This document shows positions 1 to 12,173 of a stretch of 64,000 nucleotides of DNA, piece after piece. Numbering within the stretch: the first letter of the stretch is position 1; every line of letters begins with the position of its first letter. Both the position numbers and the translations under genes were made by a program. The DNA comes from Squalus acanthias (Eukaryota). The stretch spans positions 248,001 to 312,000 of the forward strand of contig JASTWF010000334.1 in the NCBI GenBank assembly GCA_030390025.1. Reading direction: 5' to 3'. The notes beneath the pieces were generated by a model that saw only the letters and a program-made list of their open reading frames with translations, did no database searches and was not told where the DNA came from.

Positions 1-607
1 ATATCACACCTTAGAAACTATAAACCACAGAGTTTAAGTTTAAAAAGAGAGAAATACTCACCAACCAGTTACTTACCTGCTTTCTGGTGACGTCACACCT
101 CGATTATTTTTGACCTCTCTCCCTCCCTCCGAGTTCGGAGACTGGTCCCGTCTTACCTGGTCTCTGGAGCCTTTTAAAACCTCTGCTGCCTGCCTCGCCT
201 CACGCAGGTCCGCCGCCGCACCAGGAAGCTGACAAAGATGGAAAAAGGAAGGAACACCTCACTCACCAAACTCGTAGCTGAATACTCTGTTCCAATCTGC
301 ACTCCGTGACAAACTGCACTCTAGTCTCCCTTATTTATACTGCTGAGATTTAAATAAGTGAGCTCTCTGGCAGTTACAGAACCAGATTAGACCAGTTAAT
401 TAATTAATTACTCTCACCTGCTCTCCAGCACAGAGCTTGCTCAGCCCTGCCCAAGCCTGGAAGAAACTTAAAACTTAAAACAGTAAATTTAAATGCTAAT
501 TGCAAGCACACAAGACTAGAATTTATAAAAATAAGTGATTAACCTTTAAGATTTACTTCCTCACTCACCAAACTCGCAGCTTAACACTCTGTTCCAATCT
601 GCACTCC
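1..607 (-). mobile_element. Probable 5' UTR of a CR1 LINE whose body lies left of the window
   Basis: Shares blocks (ccttagaaactata, aaatactcacc) with the 5' UTR of the full-length CR1 at ~18390-18500. Contains a 49-bp direct repeat (257-305 / 559-607) and abuts a broken CR1 RT at ~608. Confidence 0.6.
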
Positions 608-1638
608 AAGTCATTAATGTAGATTGTAAAATTTGGGGCCCCAGCACCGATCCTTGTAGCACCCCACTAGTTACCATTTGCCAACCAGAAAATGACCCAT
701 TTATCCTGACTCTCTGCTTTCTGTTAGTTAGCCAATTCTCTATCCATGCTAATATATTACCCCCAACTCCGTGAGCTCTTACCTTATGCAGTAACCTTTT
801 ATGTGGCACCTTATCGAATGCCTTCTGGAAATCCAAATACATCACATCCACTGGCTCACCCTTGTCCACCCTGCTTGTTACATCCTCAAAGAACTCCAGC
901 AAATTTGTTAAACATGATTTCCCTTTCCTAAAACCAGGTTGACTCTGTTTGATTGCAGTATGTTTTTCTAAATGCCCTGCTACTGCTTCCTTAATGAAGG
1001 ACTCCAGCATTTTCCCAATGACAGATATTAGGCTAAGTGGTCTATAGTTTCCTGCTTTCTGTCTCCCTCCTTTCTTAAATAGTGGTGTTACATTAACGGT
1101 TTTCCAATCTGCTGAGACCTCTCCAGAGTTCTGGGAATTTTGGTATATTGCAACCAATGCATCCACTATCTCTGCAGCCACTTCTTTTAAGACCCTGGGA
1201 TGCAGGCCATCTGGTCCAGGGGACTTGTCGTCTTTTAGTCCCATTATTTTACCGAGTACTATTTCCTTAGTGTTAGTGATTGTCTTTAGTTCCCCACTCC
1301 CTGTGGCCCCTTGATTATCCATTATTGGGATGTTGTTAGTGTCTTCTACCGTGAAGACAGATGCAGAATATTTGTTCAGAGTCTCTGCCATTTCCCCTGT
1401 TCCCCATTATTAATTCCCCAGTCTCATCCTCTAAGGGACCAATGTTTACTTTAGCTACCCTCTTCCTTTTTATATACCTGTAGAAGCTCTTACTATCTGT
1501 TTTAATATTTCTTGACAGTTTAGTCTCATAATTCATCTTCTCTCTCTTTATTATTTTTTTAGTCATCCTTTGCTGGTTTTTAAAAATTTCCCAATCCTCT
1601 GGTCTCCCACCAATCTTGGCAACATTATATGCCTTTGT
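608..1638 (-). mobile_element. CR1 LINE ORF2 fragment (RT N-terminal half), frameshifted
   Basis: ORFs 561-1391 and 1336-1713 give KSPGPDGLHPRVLKE, NYRPLSL, YLDFQKAFDKVPH and SGVLQGSVLGP. Confidence 0.95.
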
Positions 1639-1689
1639 TGCTGTTGTGATGATTGCAGCTTGTTTTAATCTAATTCCCTTTAACTGCAG

Positions 1690-1874
1690 CTCATGTTGCC
1701 CTGAATAGAACATTGGAGAACAGGCAACTGGAGACAGAGACTGATCAGGATCAGCACCTTGAAAAACGTGGCGACAGTAGGAATGGACCTTGTGCCTACG
1801 GCTGGTTTCATTTTCATTACTTGTCCTTCTGTTACAAGTTCTTCACTTTCAGAAAGTCTTGGATAGAAGCTGAG
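1690..1874 (+). CDS. C-type lectin, first coding exon in window (pro-segment plus CTLD N-terminus)
   Basis: Acceptor ttccctttaactgcag|, donor GAG|gtaagc, phase 1 in and phase 0 out. Translates xHVALNRTLENRQLETETDQDQHLEKRGDSRNGPCAYGWFHFHYLSFCYKFFTFRKSWIEAE, matching the CTLD start C-x-x-GW...CY...W-x-x-AE. Confidence 0.93.
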
Positions 1875-2446
1875 GTAAGCCCAGAAGTCTCCAATTTAAG
1901 TTATTGGCTTTGTTCCTCATTGTTTCTAAATATGACTGGACGCAGAGAATGAAAAAATCTTCTTGTTTATATCTGGACAGTTCTGATTGACTCAGTGATT
2001 TCCATCAGTGGGTAACTTGATCTACGTTATATTCTACATTAAACACTGAGGGCACTGAACCCTACAGACAAGGACGTTCCCAGGTTCATTCATGGAGAGT
2101 GATGAGGGAGTTACAGCTGGTCTGACTGTCTCTGGATTAGAAAAGAGTAAAATCAGCGCGACTCCCTGGTCCTGATCACCATCCAGTGAAATTTTCTGCA
2201 AAATGCATTGTGTGGAGTTTTAGTGGGGACAGCACCTGCTGTTCAGATCACAGATGACAAGGTCCATTTAAAGGATCTGCTGTCAGCCCATTGAAAGGGC
2301 AAATAGTGTTAAAAACCCAACACTGTAACCATTCAGCTGAGTGTTCAGACATTTTCAAAAGCCTTCAAGATGCATCTAAGGTTTGGTTAGTCTTGTTGAC
2401 TGGAAATTTACATTGAATGGTTGCCACAGGTCACATTCATTGAATG

Positions 2447-3690
2447 GGGCAGTAATGGATTTGTTAAAGGCAAATCATATCTGAAAAACTTGATTGACTT
2501 CTTTGATGAAGTATCGGACAGGGATAATGAGAGTAGTGCAGCTGATGTTGTGTACATGGACTTCCAAAATGCATTTGAGAAACTACCACGTAACAGATTA
2601 GTTCGAAAAATTGAAACCCATGGGCAGTGGCAGCGTGGATACGAAATTAACTAAGGGACAGAAAGCAGAGGGTAGTGGTGAATGGTTGTTTTTCAGTCAG
2701 GAGGGAAATATACAGTGGTGTCCCCAGGATTCGGTGTTGGGACCACTGCTCTTTTTGATATCTATTAATGACCTGGACTTGGGTTTACAGGGTATAATTT
2801 CAAAGTCTGCAGATAACACAAAACTCAGAAATGTAGTAAACAGCGAGGATAGCAGCAAACTTGAAGATGACATTGACAGACTTGTGAAATGGGCAGGCAC
2901 ATTACAGATGACATTTAATGCGGAGAAGTGTGAAGTCATGCATTTTAAAAGGAAGAATGAGAGAAATTATAAACTAAATGGTACAATTTTAAAAGGGGTG
3001 CAGGAACAGATACACACATTCTTCACATACATAAATTTTTGAAGGTGGCAGGACAAGTTGATAAGACTGTTAAAAAGGCTTTAAAAATAGAGGTATAGAG
3101 TAGAAATACAAGGAAGTTATGCTAAACCTTTATAAATCACTGGTTCAGCCTCAGCTGAAGTATTGTGTCCAATTCTGAGCACCACACTTTAGGAAGGATA
3201 TCAAGGCCTTGAAGAGGGTGCAGAAAAGATTTACCTGAATCATACCAGGGATGAGGGACCTCAGTAATGTGGAGAGACTATAGCAACTGGGCTTCCTCTC
3301 CTTAGAGCAGAGAATGTTCAGGGGAGATTTAATAGAGGTGTTCAAAATCTTGAGTGGTATTGATATAGCGATAAAGTGTTTCCAGTGGTCGAAGGGTCAG
3401 AAACAGAAGGAAACTGATTTAATAATTAATTGGCAAAAGAACCAGAAGGGAGATGAGGAGAAATGTTTTTACACAGCATGTTGTTATGATCTGGAATGGA
3501 TGTCTTGAAAGGGTGGTTGAAGCAGATTCAATGGTAACTTTACAAGATAATTGAATAAATACTTGAATAGGAACATTTTCAGGGCAATGGTGAAAAGGCA
3601 GGGGATTGGGACTATTTGGATAGCTCTTTCAAAGAGTCAACACAGGCACGAGGGGCCAAATGGCCTCCTTCTGTGCTGTATGATTCTATA
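2447..3690 (+). mobile_element. 5'-truncated, degenerate CR1 LINE (RT to 3' tail)
   Basis: GFVKGKS, YMDFQNAF, SVLGPLLF and RGDLIEVFK fragments; ends in a tatgattcta-type tail. Confidence 0.92.
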
Positions 3691-4005
3691 ACAGGGAATG
3701 TTTCAACATTAAACATGGAGCAATATTGACCTAGGCACCGGACATGACAAAGACACACCCAGCCCAGTTGCCCCTGCAAAATCCTCCTCACTAACATCTG
3801 GGGATTTGTGCCAAAAAAAGGAGAGCTGTCCCACAGACTAGTTAAGCATCAGCCTGACGTAGTCATACTCACAGGATCATACCTTTCAGCCAATGTCCCA
3901 GACGCCTCCATCAGCATCCCTGGGCATGGCCTGTCCCAGCGGCAGGGCAGACCCACCAGAGGTGGCAGCACTGTGGTATGCAGTTGAGAGGGAGTGGCCT
4001 GGGAG

Positions 4006-4171
4006 CAATGCTCCCGTTTCGCGGCCGCGCAGTTGCACAGCTGTCTAAAGCTCACGAGCAGACCGCTTGCCAGTTTCTCAATGGAGAAACCGCGCATGTG
4101 CGGAAGTTTGAATAGATCACGCAGCCCCTTAAAGGGGCCGTGAACCCCCAAAATAATTAGAGGGAACATTG
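4006..4171. mobile_element. hAT-type MITE (166 bp)
   Basis: Terminal inverted repeats (TIRs) caatgctccc / gggaacattg, with an exact 8-bp TSD cctgggag (3998-4005, 4172-4179). Confidence 0.85.
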
Positions 4172-5726
4172 CCTGGGAGTCTTCAACAATGGTTCTGGAC
4201 CCCATGAAGTCTCATGGCTTCAGGTTAAACGTAGGCAAGGAAACCTTCTGCTAATTACTACCGACCGCCCTCCCTCAGCTAAAGAATCTGTACTCCTCCA
4301 TGTTGAACACCACATGGAAGAAGCACTGAGGGTATCAATGGCACAGAACATACTTTGGGTGGGTGACTTCAATGTCCATCACCAAGAGTGGCTTGGTAGC
4401 ACCACTACTGACAGAGCTGGCTAAGTCCTGAAGGACATAGCTGCCATACTGAGCCTGAAGCAGGTGGTGAGAGAACCAACACAAGTGAAAAACGTACTTG
4501 ACCAATTTACCTCTCGCAGATGGATCTGTCCATGACATTATTGGTAGGAGTGACCACCGCACAGTCCTTGTGGAGCCAAAAGATCTGTCTTTACACTGAG
4601 GACACCCTCCATCATGTTGAGTGGCACTACAGTAGTGAGAAAGGATCTCATAAGGACAGTAGTGAAAAGGGACCTTGGCTCAGAAGATCAGGAAGTAGAA
4701 TCAGTATGGGAGAAGATAAGAAACAACAAGGGACAGGAAACATTGGTGGGAGTAGATTATAGGCCCCCTAAGAGTAGCTATACCGTTGGACACACTATTA
4801 ATCAGTAAATAATAGGAGCTTGTAACAAAGCTCATGCAATCATTGTGGGAGACTTTAATCTTCATATTGACTGGGCAAATCAATTTGGAGGACGAGTTCA
4901 TGGAATGCATTCGAGACAGTTTCCCAGAACAATACTTCATGGAACCAACCAGGGAAGAAACTATTTTAGATCTTGTATTGTGTAATGAGACTGGGTTAAT
5001 TAGTAATCTCATAGTAAAGGAAACTCTGGGGAAGAGCAATCATAATATGATAGAATTTCACATTGGGTTTGAGAGTGAAATACCTCAGTCTAAAACTAGA
5101 TTCTTAAACTTAAATAAAGCCATTTACATAGGTATGAGGAATTAATTGGCTAAGGTAGATTAGGAAATTAGATTAAAAGGTATGACAGTAGATAAGCAAA
5201 CATTTAAAGAAATATTCCAAAATTTTCAATGAATATACATTCCATAGAGAAATAAAAATTCCACAGGAAAAATTAGCCATCTGTGGCTAAATAAAGAAGT
5301 TAAGGATAGTATTAGATTAAAAGAAGCTGATTATAATGTTGTGAAGAATAATAGCAAGCCTAAGGATTGGGAGAGTTTTAGAAACCAGCAAAGGATGACC
5401 AAAACATTGATGAAAAGAGAGAAAAAAGAATATGAGAGTAAACTAGCAAGAAATATTAAAACAGATTGTAAGAGCTTCTACAAGTATGCAAAAATGAAGT
5501 AAATAGCAAAGGTAAGCATTGGTCCCTTAGATGCTGAGACAGGAGAAATTATAATGGGGAATAAGGAAATGGCCGAGACTTTAAACAAATATTTTCTATC
5601 TGCTTTCACAGTAGAAGACACAAAAAACATACCAAAGTAATGGGGAACCAAGGGGCTAATGAGACTGAGCAACTTAAAGCAATTAAGATCAGCAGAGAAA
5701 AAGTGCTTGAGAAACTAATGGGACTT

Positions 5727-7118
5727 AGTGGGGAAACAAGTGGGAAAACTGCTGGAGTCCATCATAAAAGATGTAATAGCTGAGCACTTGGAAAACAGTG
5801 ACAGGATCGGACAAAGTCAACATGGATTTACAAAAGGGAAATCATGCCTGACTAATCTACTGGAATTTTTTGAGGATGTAACTGGTAGAATAGATAAGGG
5901 AGAACCAGTGGATGTGGTGTATTTGGACTTTCAGAAGGCTTTCGGTAAGGTCCCTCATAAGAGATTAGCTTGCAAAGTTAAAGCACATGGGATTGGGGAC
6001 AAGGTACTGATTTGGATAGAGAACTGGTTGGCAGACAGGAAGCAAAGAGTTGGAATAAACGGGTCTTTTTCCGAGTGGCAGGCAGTGACTAGTGGGGTAC
6101 CGCAGGGATCGGTGCTAGGACCCCAGTTATTCACAATATATATTCATGATCTAGACGAGGGAACTAGATGTAATATCTCCAAGTTTGCAGACGACACAAA
6201 GCTGGGTGGGCGTGTGTGCTGTGAGGAGGATGCAGAGAAACTCCAGTATGATTTGGACAGGTTGGGTGATTGGGCAGATGCATGGCAGATGCAGTATCAT
6301 GTGGATAAATGCGAGGTTATCCACATTGGTGGCAAAAACAGGAAGGCTGATTATTATCTGAACGGCAATAGATTGGGAAAAGGGGAAGTGCAACGAGACC
6401 TGGGTGTCCTTGTGCACCAGTCGCTGAAGGTAAGCATGCAGGTGCAGCAGGCGGTTAAGAAGGCAAATGGTATGTTGGCCTTCATAGCGAGAGGATTCGA
6501 ATACAGGAGCAAGGATGTCTTGCTGCAGTTGTCAGGGCCTTGGTGAGACCACACCTTGAGTATTGTGTGCAGTTTTGGTCGCCTTATCTGAGGAAGGATG
6601 TTCTTGCCATGGAGGGAGTACAGCGAAGATTCACCAGACTGATACCTGGGATGGCAGGAATAACGTATGAAGAGAGATTGGGTCGATTAGGCTTATATTC
6701 GCTAGAGTTTAGAAGAATGAGAGGGGATCTCATTGAAACTTATAAAATTCTAACAGGACTAGACAGACTAGATGCAGGAAGGATGTTCCCGATGGCGGGG
6801 GAGTCCAGAACCAGGGGTCACAGTCTAAGGATAAGGGGTAAGCCATTTAGGACTGAGATGAGGAGGAATTTCTTCACCCAGAGAGTGGTGAACCTGTGGA
6901 ATTCTTTACCATGGAAGGCAGTTGAGGCCAATTCATTAAATATATTCAAGAAGGAGTTAGATATATTTCTTAAGGCTAAAGGGATCAAGGGATATGGGGA
7001 GAAGGCAGGGACAGGGCACTGAATTTGGATGATCAGCCATGATCTCATTAAATGGCGGAGCAGGCTCGAGGGCCGAATGGCCTACTCCTGCTCCTATCTT
7101 CTATGTTTCTATGTTTCT
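5727..7118 (+). mobile_element. Young 5'-truncated CR1 (RT plus 3' tail)
   Basis: ORFs 5728-6546 and 6540-7022 (YLDFQKAF, GVPQGSVLGP, KFADDTKL); ctatgttt tail. Nearly identical to the 3' part of the 14251-18708 copy. Confidence 0.95.
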
Positions 7119-7249
7119 CTGACTAAAAGCCAACAAATCCCCTGGACCTGATGGCCTACATCCTAGGTTTCTAAAAGAGGTAGCTGCAGTGATCTTGGAT
7201 TCATTGGTTGTGATATTCCAAAATTCCCTATTAAGGAAGTCATAACAGG

Positions 7250-7392
7250 CAATGTTCCCTTTAATTTTTTTAACGCTCCGTGGCCCCTTTATGGGCCTGT
7301 GCAGGCCATTCAAAATATTGTGCATGTGGGTTTCTGCATTGAAAAGCCGGCAAGCCGCTGTGCAGGATCTGTGCAGCTTACAGGGAACATTG
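7250..7392. mobile_element. hAT-type MITE, same family as 4006-4171 in the opposite orientation
   Basis: TIRs caatgttccct / agggaacattg; degenerate 8-bp TSD ataacagg / gtaacaga. Confidence 0.75.
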
Positions 7393-8048
7393 GTAACAGA
7401 GCATTTGGAAAACCATAATATGATTAGCATCAACACGGTTTTATGAAAGGGAAATTGCGTTTAGCAAATTTTTTAGAGATTTTTGAGGATGTTACTAGCA
7501 GGGTAGATAAAGGGGAACCAGTGGATGCAGTATATTTGGATTTCCAAAAGGCATGCAATAAGGTGCCGCATAAAACGTTGTTACACAAGATAAGGGCTCC
7601 TGGGGTTGTGGGTAATATATTAGCATGGATAGAGGATTGGTTAACGGATAGAAAACAGAGAGTAGGAATAAACGGGTCATTTTCAGGTTGGCAGGCTGTT
7701 ACTAGTGGGGTGCTGCAAGGATCAATACTTGGGCCTCAGCTATTCACAATCTATATCAATGACTTAGATGAAGGGATCGAGTGCAATGTATCCAAGTTTG
7801 CTGATGATACAAGGCTAGGTGGGACAGTAAGCTGTGGGGAGAACACAAAGGGGGCGATTTTCCCGTTGGAGGCGGGTTTCGGTTTGGGCGGGTTCCAAAT
7901 CCGCCTCCACTGTCAGGTGGGAAAAATTTGCGATTTTCCCCTAATTGGCCAGTTAATTTCAGAGGTGTGGGTTCCCCTGGGCCAATTAGTCTTTTGGGAC
8001 TGAAACTCGCCTCTGCTGACATCACTTATCCAGCTTCATTTAAGGGCT

Positions 8049-8263
8049 AACAACAGAAAACGCTAGAAAAACTCAGCAGGCCAGGCAGCATCTGTGGAGA
8101 GAGAAACAGAGTTAACGTTTCAGGTCGAAAACCTTTCATCAGAACGTCTTCGACCTGAAATGTTAACTCTGTTTCTCTCTCCACGGATGCTGCCTGGCCT
8201 GCTGAGTTTTTCCAGCGTTTTCTGTTGTTATTTTGGATTTCCAGCATCCACAGTATTTTGCTA
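8049..8263. mobile_element. Penelope-derived fold-back element with hammerhead motif
   Basis: Long inverted arms plus a ~35-nt tail (gatttccagcatccacagtattttgc). 14-bp TSD ttcatttaagggct / ttcatttaagtgct (8035-8048, 8264-8277). Confidence 0.8.
8111..8145 (-). ncRNA. Minimal type I hammerhead ribozyme motif
   Basis: Minus strand reads gtt CTGATGA a aggt tttcg acct GAAA cg tt aac: core boxes, stem II, palindromic AACGTT stem III and short stem I. Confidence 0.75.
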
Positions 8264-8351
8264 TTCATTTAAGTGCTGTTTGTTGCCTTGGCTCATTCCA
8301 TTGGTTTTTGGTCGATGCTGCACCACCTCCTAACTTTTATCTCATTGAAGA

Positions 8352-8825
8352 ATGGCCAGCTCCAAGGCAAGGGCCTCCCCGAGGTTCTCGGATGAGGCGC
8401 TGGGTATCCTGGTTGAGGGGGTGAGAGCTAGCAGGGAAGTGCTCTTCCCCTCATATGGGAGGAAGAGGCCTCCCAAAGAAACCAAGGCTGTGTGGGTCCA
8501 ACTGGCAAGAGATATAACCCTTGGCAAAGCACAAGGAAGTGGGGGCTCCTCTCCAAGCACTCACACTTCCATGCCACTGCGTAGCCCTCGGTCAAAGCCC
8601 CACCAGAGTCTGCATCCAACTGAGATGGGCATCTCAGCCCCTGCACTGCCGCAGGATGAGCAGACATTTGGTGAGCCCTCACAGGCTCAGAAACCTAGAG
8701 GACGCCCGCCAAAGGTGTCGAAGCAGGAGCAGCATGAAAGTGAGCAAGGTGCCTCCACATCTGCTGAAGCCACAGGGGGAGCACTATGTAGGAGCACGCG
8801 TAAGAGAAAAATAAAGCACCATTAG
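8352..8825 (+). pseudogene. Harbinger Myb/SANT-like DNA-binding protein, internally deleted
   Basis: RASPRFSDEALGILVEGV...VLFP...KAVWVQLA is the trihelix/Myb-SANT start of the Harbinger second ORF; basic C-terminus RSTRKRKIK. Confidence 0.8.
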
Positions 8826-9079
8826 TCACAGGGGTAGGCTCTTTGGTGATTTTTTCTGTTTATTGATGAAATGCCATCCCTGTGTAAATGTATTAAAATG
8901 AGGTGATGGCAAACTGGTGGCGTGATGGCATCTGTTATTTCGGCTTAGGCAGCTCCACATTGCGGGCTCCGCGACACTTGCATGGTCAGGTTAGTGGTCA
9001 GAGTGAAAGGAGGCCAGAAAGTCATGTCCATTGTCTATCATGTGTTAAGAAGGAGCCAGTCACATGTGCCACAATGGGC

Positions 9080-10152
9080 AACCTATGCAAATCAGGCCAG
9101 GATGAGTGCTTCCCTTGCATCACGGGCAGCCATGTGCTCGCGCGCTGCTACTGCTCCTGGTAGATACGCCGCCACTCGGTCCTCCTCATCCTCCTCCTCA
9201 TCCTCCTCATCCTCATCTGAGGAGGCTATGAACTGAACCACTTGCTCATCAGGAAGCTGCAAGCCACGATGCTGTCATTAGCCACTTCTTCAGGGGGTAG
9301 CCCTTGTCACAAGAAGCCATCCATTAAGTTGGTTTGGCGGATTGAAGAGCATAGGAACACTGGAGCTCCGCAGGATGAACGAGTCATGGCAACTACCACA
9401 GAACTTGGCGCAAAAATGCAAAATCTCCTTCTTGTGGTTACACACCAGCTGTACGTTGAGGGAGTGGAAGCCCTTGCAGTTGAGAAAGATAGCTGGGTTG
9501 TGATGGGGTGCCCTAAGGGCCACATGTGTGCAGTCTATGACGCCCTAAACCATTGGCAAGCCTGCCATATTTGCAAAGCCAACTGAACACGCGGTTCTAC
9601 TTGCTTGATCCCTTGAGAAGTGCATGCAAATGTGCGCCTTTGCGAAAAGGGCATTGGTAACCTGCGTGATGCAACTGTGGGCGGCCGACTGGGAGATGCC
9701 ACTGATGTCTGCTGATGATCCCTGGAAGGAACCTGAGGCAAAAAGGTTGAGTGCGGTGGTGACTTTGACAGCCACTGGTAAGGGGTGTCCAGCCGTTCCT
9801 CTGGGCTCCAGGTTTGGTTGCAGCAGTGCGCAGGTGTCTCCGACAACCTCTCGTGAATCTCTCAGCCTCCTTTGGTACTGCTGCTCACTCATGTTGAGGT
9901 AGCTCATCCTCTGTCTGTAAACCCTGAGAGGGGGTATCTCCTGCGGCGATGTGCTGCCATGTGCTGGCACCTTCTGCCCTGTGCAGCATCAGGTGGGTGA
10001 GCAGGAGGTTGGCGCTCCTGCTGCTGTTGCTGCTGAGCTGCCTGGTTCTGCTGCTGCCGTGGCTGCTCCTCATCCGAATCTGAGCTCCATGATGAAAGGA
10101 AATAAATGGTTCCCATGCTGCTGGCAGATACCTTCGTTGGGGAAGCGCTCAC
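9080..10152 (-). pseudogene. Harbinger (HARBI1-like) DDE transposase, frameshifted and internally deleted
   Basis: [58 protein letters not shown] and GSCHDSFIL motifs; acidic C-terminal run near 9180-9220. Confidence 0.9.
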
Positions 10153-11211
10153 TCCAAGCGGGGAGAGGGTTTTCCAAGGAGGTCCTACAGTTGAGAGATA
10201 GAAGCTGCAGCATCTCCGACTTCGGTAGGGCTGCTAAAAGTGCTGAAAGACCTGTGGAACAAATGTTCTGCCACCTGCAACTGCTCCCTGATGAAAGCTC
10301 CGTTTTAATGGTGGAGCTGCAGCTGTGAGGAGGCCATCCACTTGTCAACCCGCCAGGATCAGCTGGTGTGGTTTAGGAGGGTCGTGCAACACGTGCAAAA
10401 TGTGGCAAAATAACAAAGGCCTGTCAAAATAGGATTATAGAGGTCCTTAACGACTATTTAAGGGTCTTAACTACCTCTCCCGACTGATGGAGGCGGGACC
10501 GAATTGCACCCGTCAAACCCGCTTCCGGCATAATTGCGCAGAGGCGGGTTGGAGGCGGGTTCCGAACCCGGGCTCACTTTTTGCGATTTTCCCAACAGTC
10601 CCGCCTCCAAACCCCCCTCCTCGGGGCTGGGAAAATCGCGGACAAAGGGCTGGATTTTGTCAGCACCGAGGAGGTGGGTATGGAGGCGGGACTGCCGGTA
10701 AAGTTGCAGAATTTGGGGGCGGGTGGCAAACCCGCCCCCATCCCGCCTCCGTGCCCTCTTGCCAGGAGGCGGGAAGCTGTCCTGCCCCGGGTCCCATCTC
10801 CTCAAGGCGGGAAAGGAATTAAAGCCTATTAACTGCCTGTCAACAGGTAGTTAACCAGCAGAAAATAGGATTATCGCCATTTTTCCTTCCAAAGTGCAGG
10901 CTTCCCGACCTCGGGGAACCCCGCCAGGGTGTAGGAGATCAGTAGAAGGTCGGAGGGGGCCGGAGGGGTCTGAAAGTGCAATGTAGAGGTGAGTGATGGG
11001 TGCAAGTGTGGAGTGGTAAGTATGTAAGGTGAGTGTAAAGTGTTATAAAATGTTCACTTACCTTTGTTTCTGCCTACAGCCTTCAGCCGCTGTGGAGCCG
11101 GAGTCCCCGACATCTCCATTGTAGATTTCACAGACTGGCTGTTGGATCCTCCGAACCAACAGCCAGGTGATTTCTGCCAAGTTGAAAGGTTTGATGAGTC
11201 CTGAACACAAG

Positions 11212-12105
11212 GGGGTAAAAATTCACTTGGTTGCGCCACCCGTTAGCGCCTTAAGAGGGTGCTAATGGGGCGCAAAGCCGCTAACGCCCGGGCGCAGCGA
11301 TGTTTGCGCCGCTCGAGAACTTAACTTGAGATTGTGCGGCGGCACTAAAACTTACCGCTGCGACCACCTGCGCGCGCACATTGTGACGTCATTCCATGGT
11401 GCAACGCCCTTGGGGCGCCCCGTAGCGGAAATTGAGTGGCGCCCCCTGCCTTACCGCCTGGCGCTTCCAACGACCAGAAGACTGGAACGCTATCAATCGC
11501 TGTGGGGCTGGGGGGGGGCGCTATTTAAAGGGGGCCTCTCCCTGTCTTTTATTGTTGGTGGCATTTTTGAACTACGCATTCTGAGAGAGAGAGGGAGAGA
11601 CTTCTGGAGAGATTCAACGTTGTGTGAAGGAGTTTTGGGTACTGAGCAGCACTTTGCAGGTTCATTTTGATTTGCCATTCCTTGTATCGATTTAGCAGAG
11701 ACCGTGGGAGCTGCACTCTGAGCTCTTTGCCTGGTGCTCTCCATTGTTCTTTCCAGCACATTTGATGTGCAAGTCTCTCCAGGCCGAGATTCAAGGCAGC
11801 AATGAACAGGATGTGGATGGAAAGCAAGATTAACCATCCCCTTTAAGAACTGGCCGGTGCCATTGTGTGTGTGTTCCATTGCTGACTGACATTACATGAG
11901 CTTCGCCAGCGCTCTGAGTTAGCGCCTCACTGCTCGGCCTTTGCGCCTTAAGAGAGGTGTGCAGCGCCTGCTTTAGCGCTCCACTCACCTCCCGGGGCGG
12001 TAAAAGTGAAGTTTCCCGTCAGTGCCGATAATTAGCGCCAGGCGCTAATATTTGCGTCCGGACGATATTTGCGCCCCAAATGGGGCGCGACCTAATTTCT
12101 ACCCC
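11212..12105. mobile_element. Non-autonomous Harbinger-type element C (894 bp)
   Basis: TIRs ggggtaaaatt / aatttctacccc, 3-bp TSD aag, gcgcc-rich subterminal repeats; second copy at 49629-50521. Confidence 0.85.
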
Positions 12106-12173
12106 AAGGTCTCATCAAACAACAGAGAATGTCAGTGTTTGACAGCTTCACAGAGCTGTCAAACGATGACATT

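Larger units (their letters stand above)
7850..10643. mobile_element. PIF/Harbinger DNA transposon A (decayed autonomous type, two convergent genes)
   Basis: Imperfect TIRs gggggcgattttccc / gggaaaatcgcggac, 3-bp TSD aaa, and internal transposase and Myb/SANT remnants. Confidence 0.88.

Noticed and set aside
1875..1952. ORF 1713-1952 as a complete single-exon protein
   Set aside because: Lectin similarity stops at the GAG|gtaagc donor; the rest is intron read-through.
9080..10152. Domesticated HARBI1/NAIF1 host genes
   Set aside because: The sequence is frameshifted and deleted, lies between TIRs with a TSD, and is nested in a CR1, so it is a transposon copy.
11493..11879. Conserved 126-128 aa ORF present twice (also 49915-50295)
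   Set aside because: The identity reflects two recent copies of non-autonomous element C; there is no recognisable domain and the C-termini diverge.
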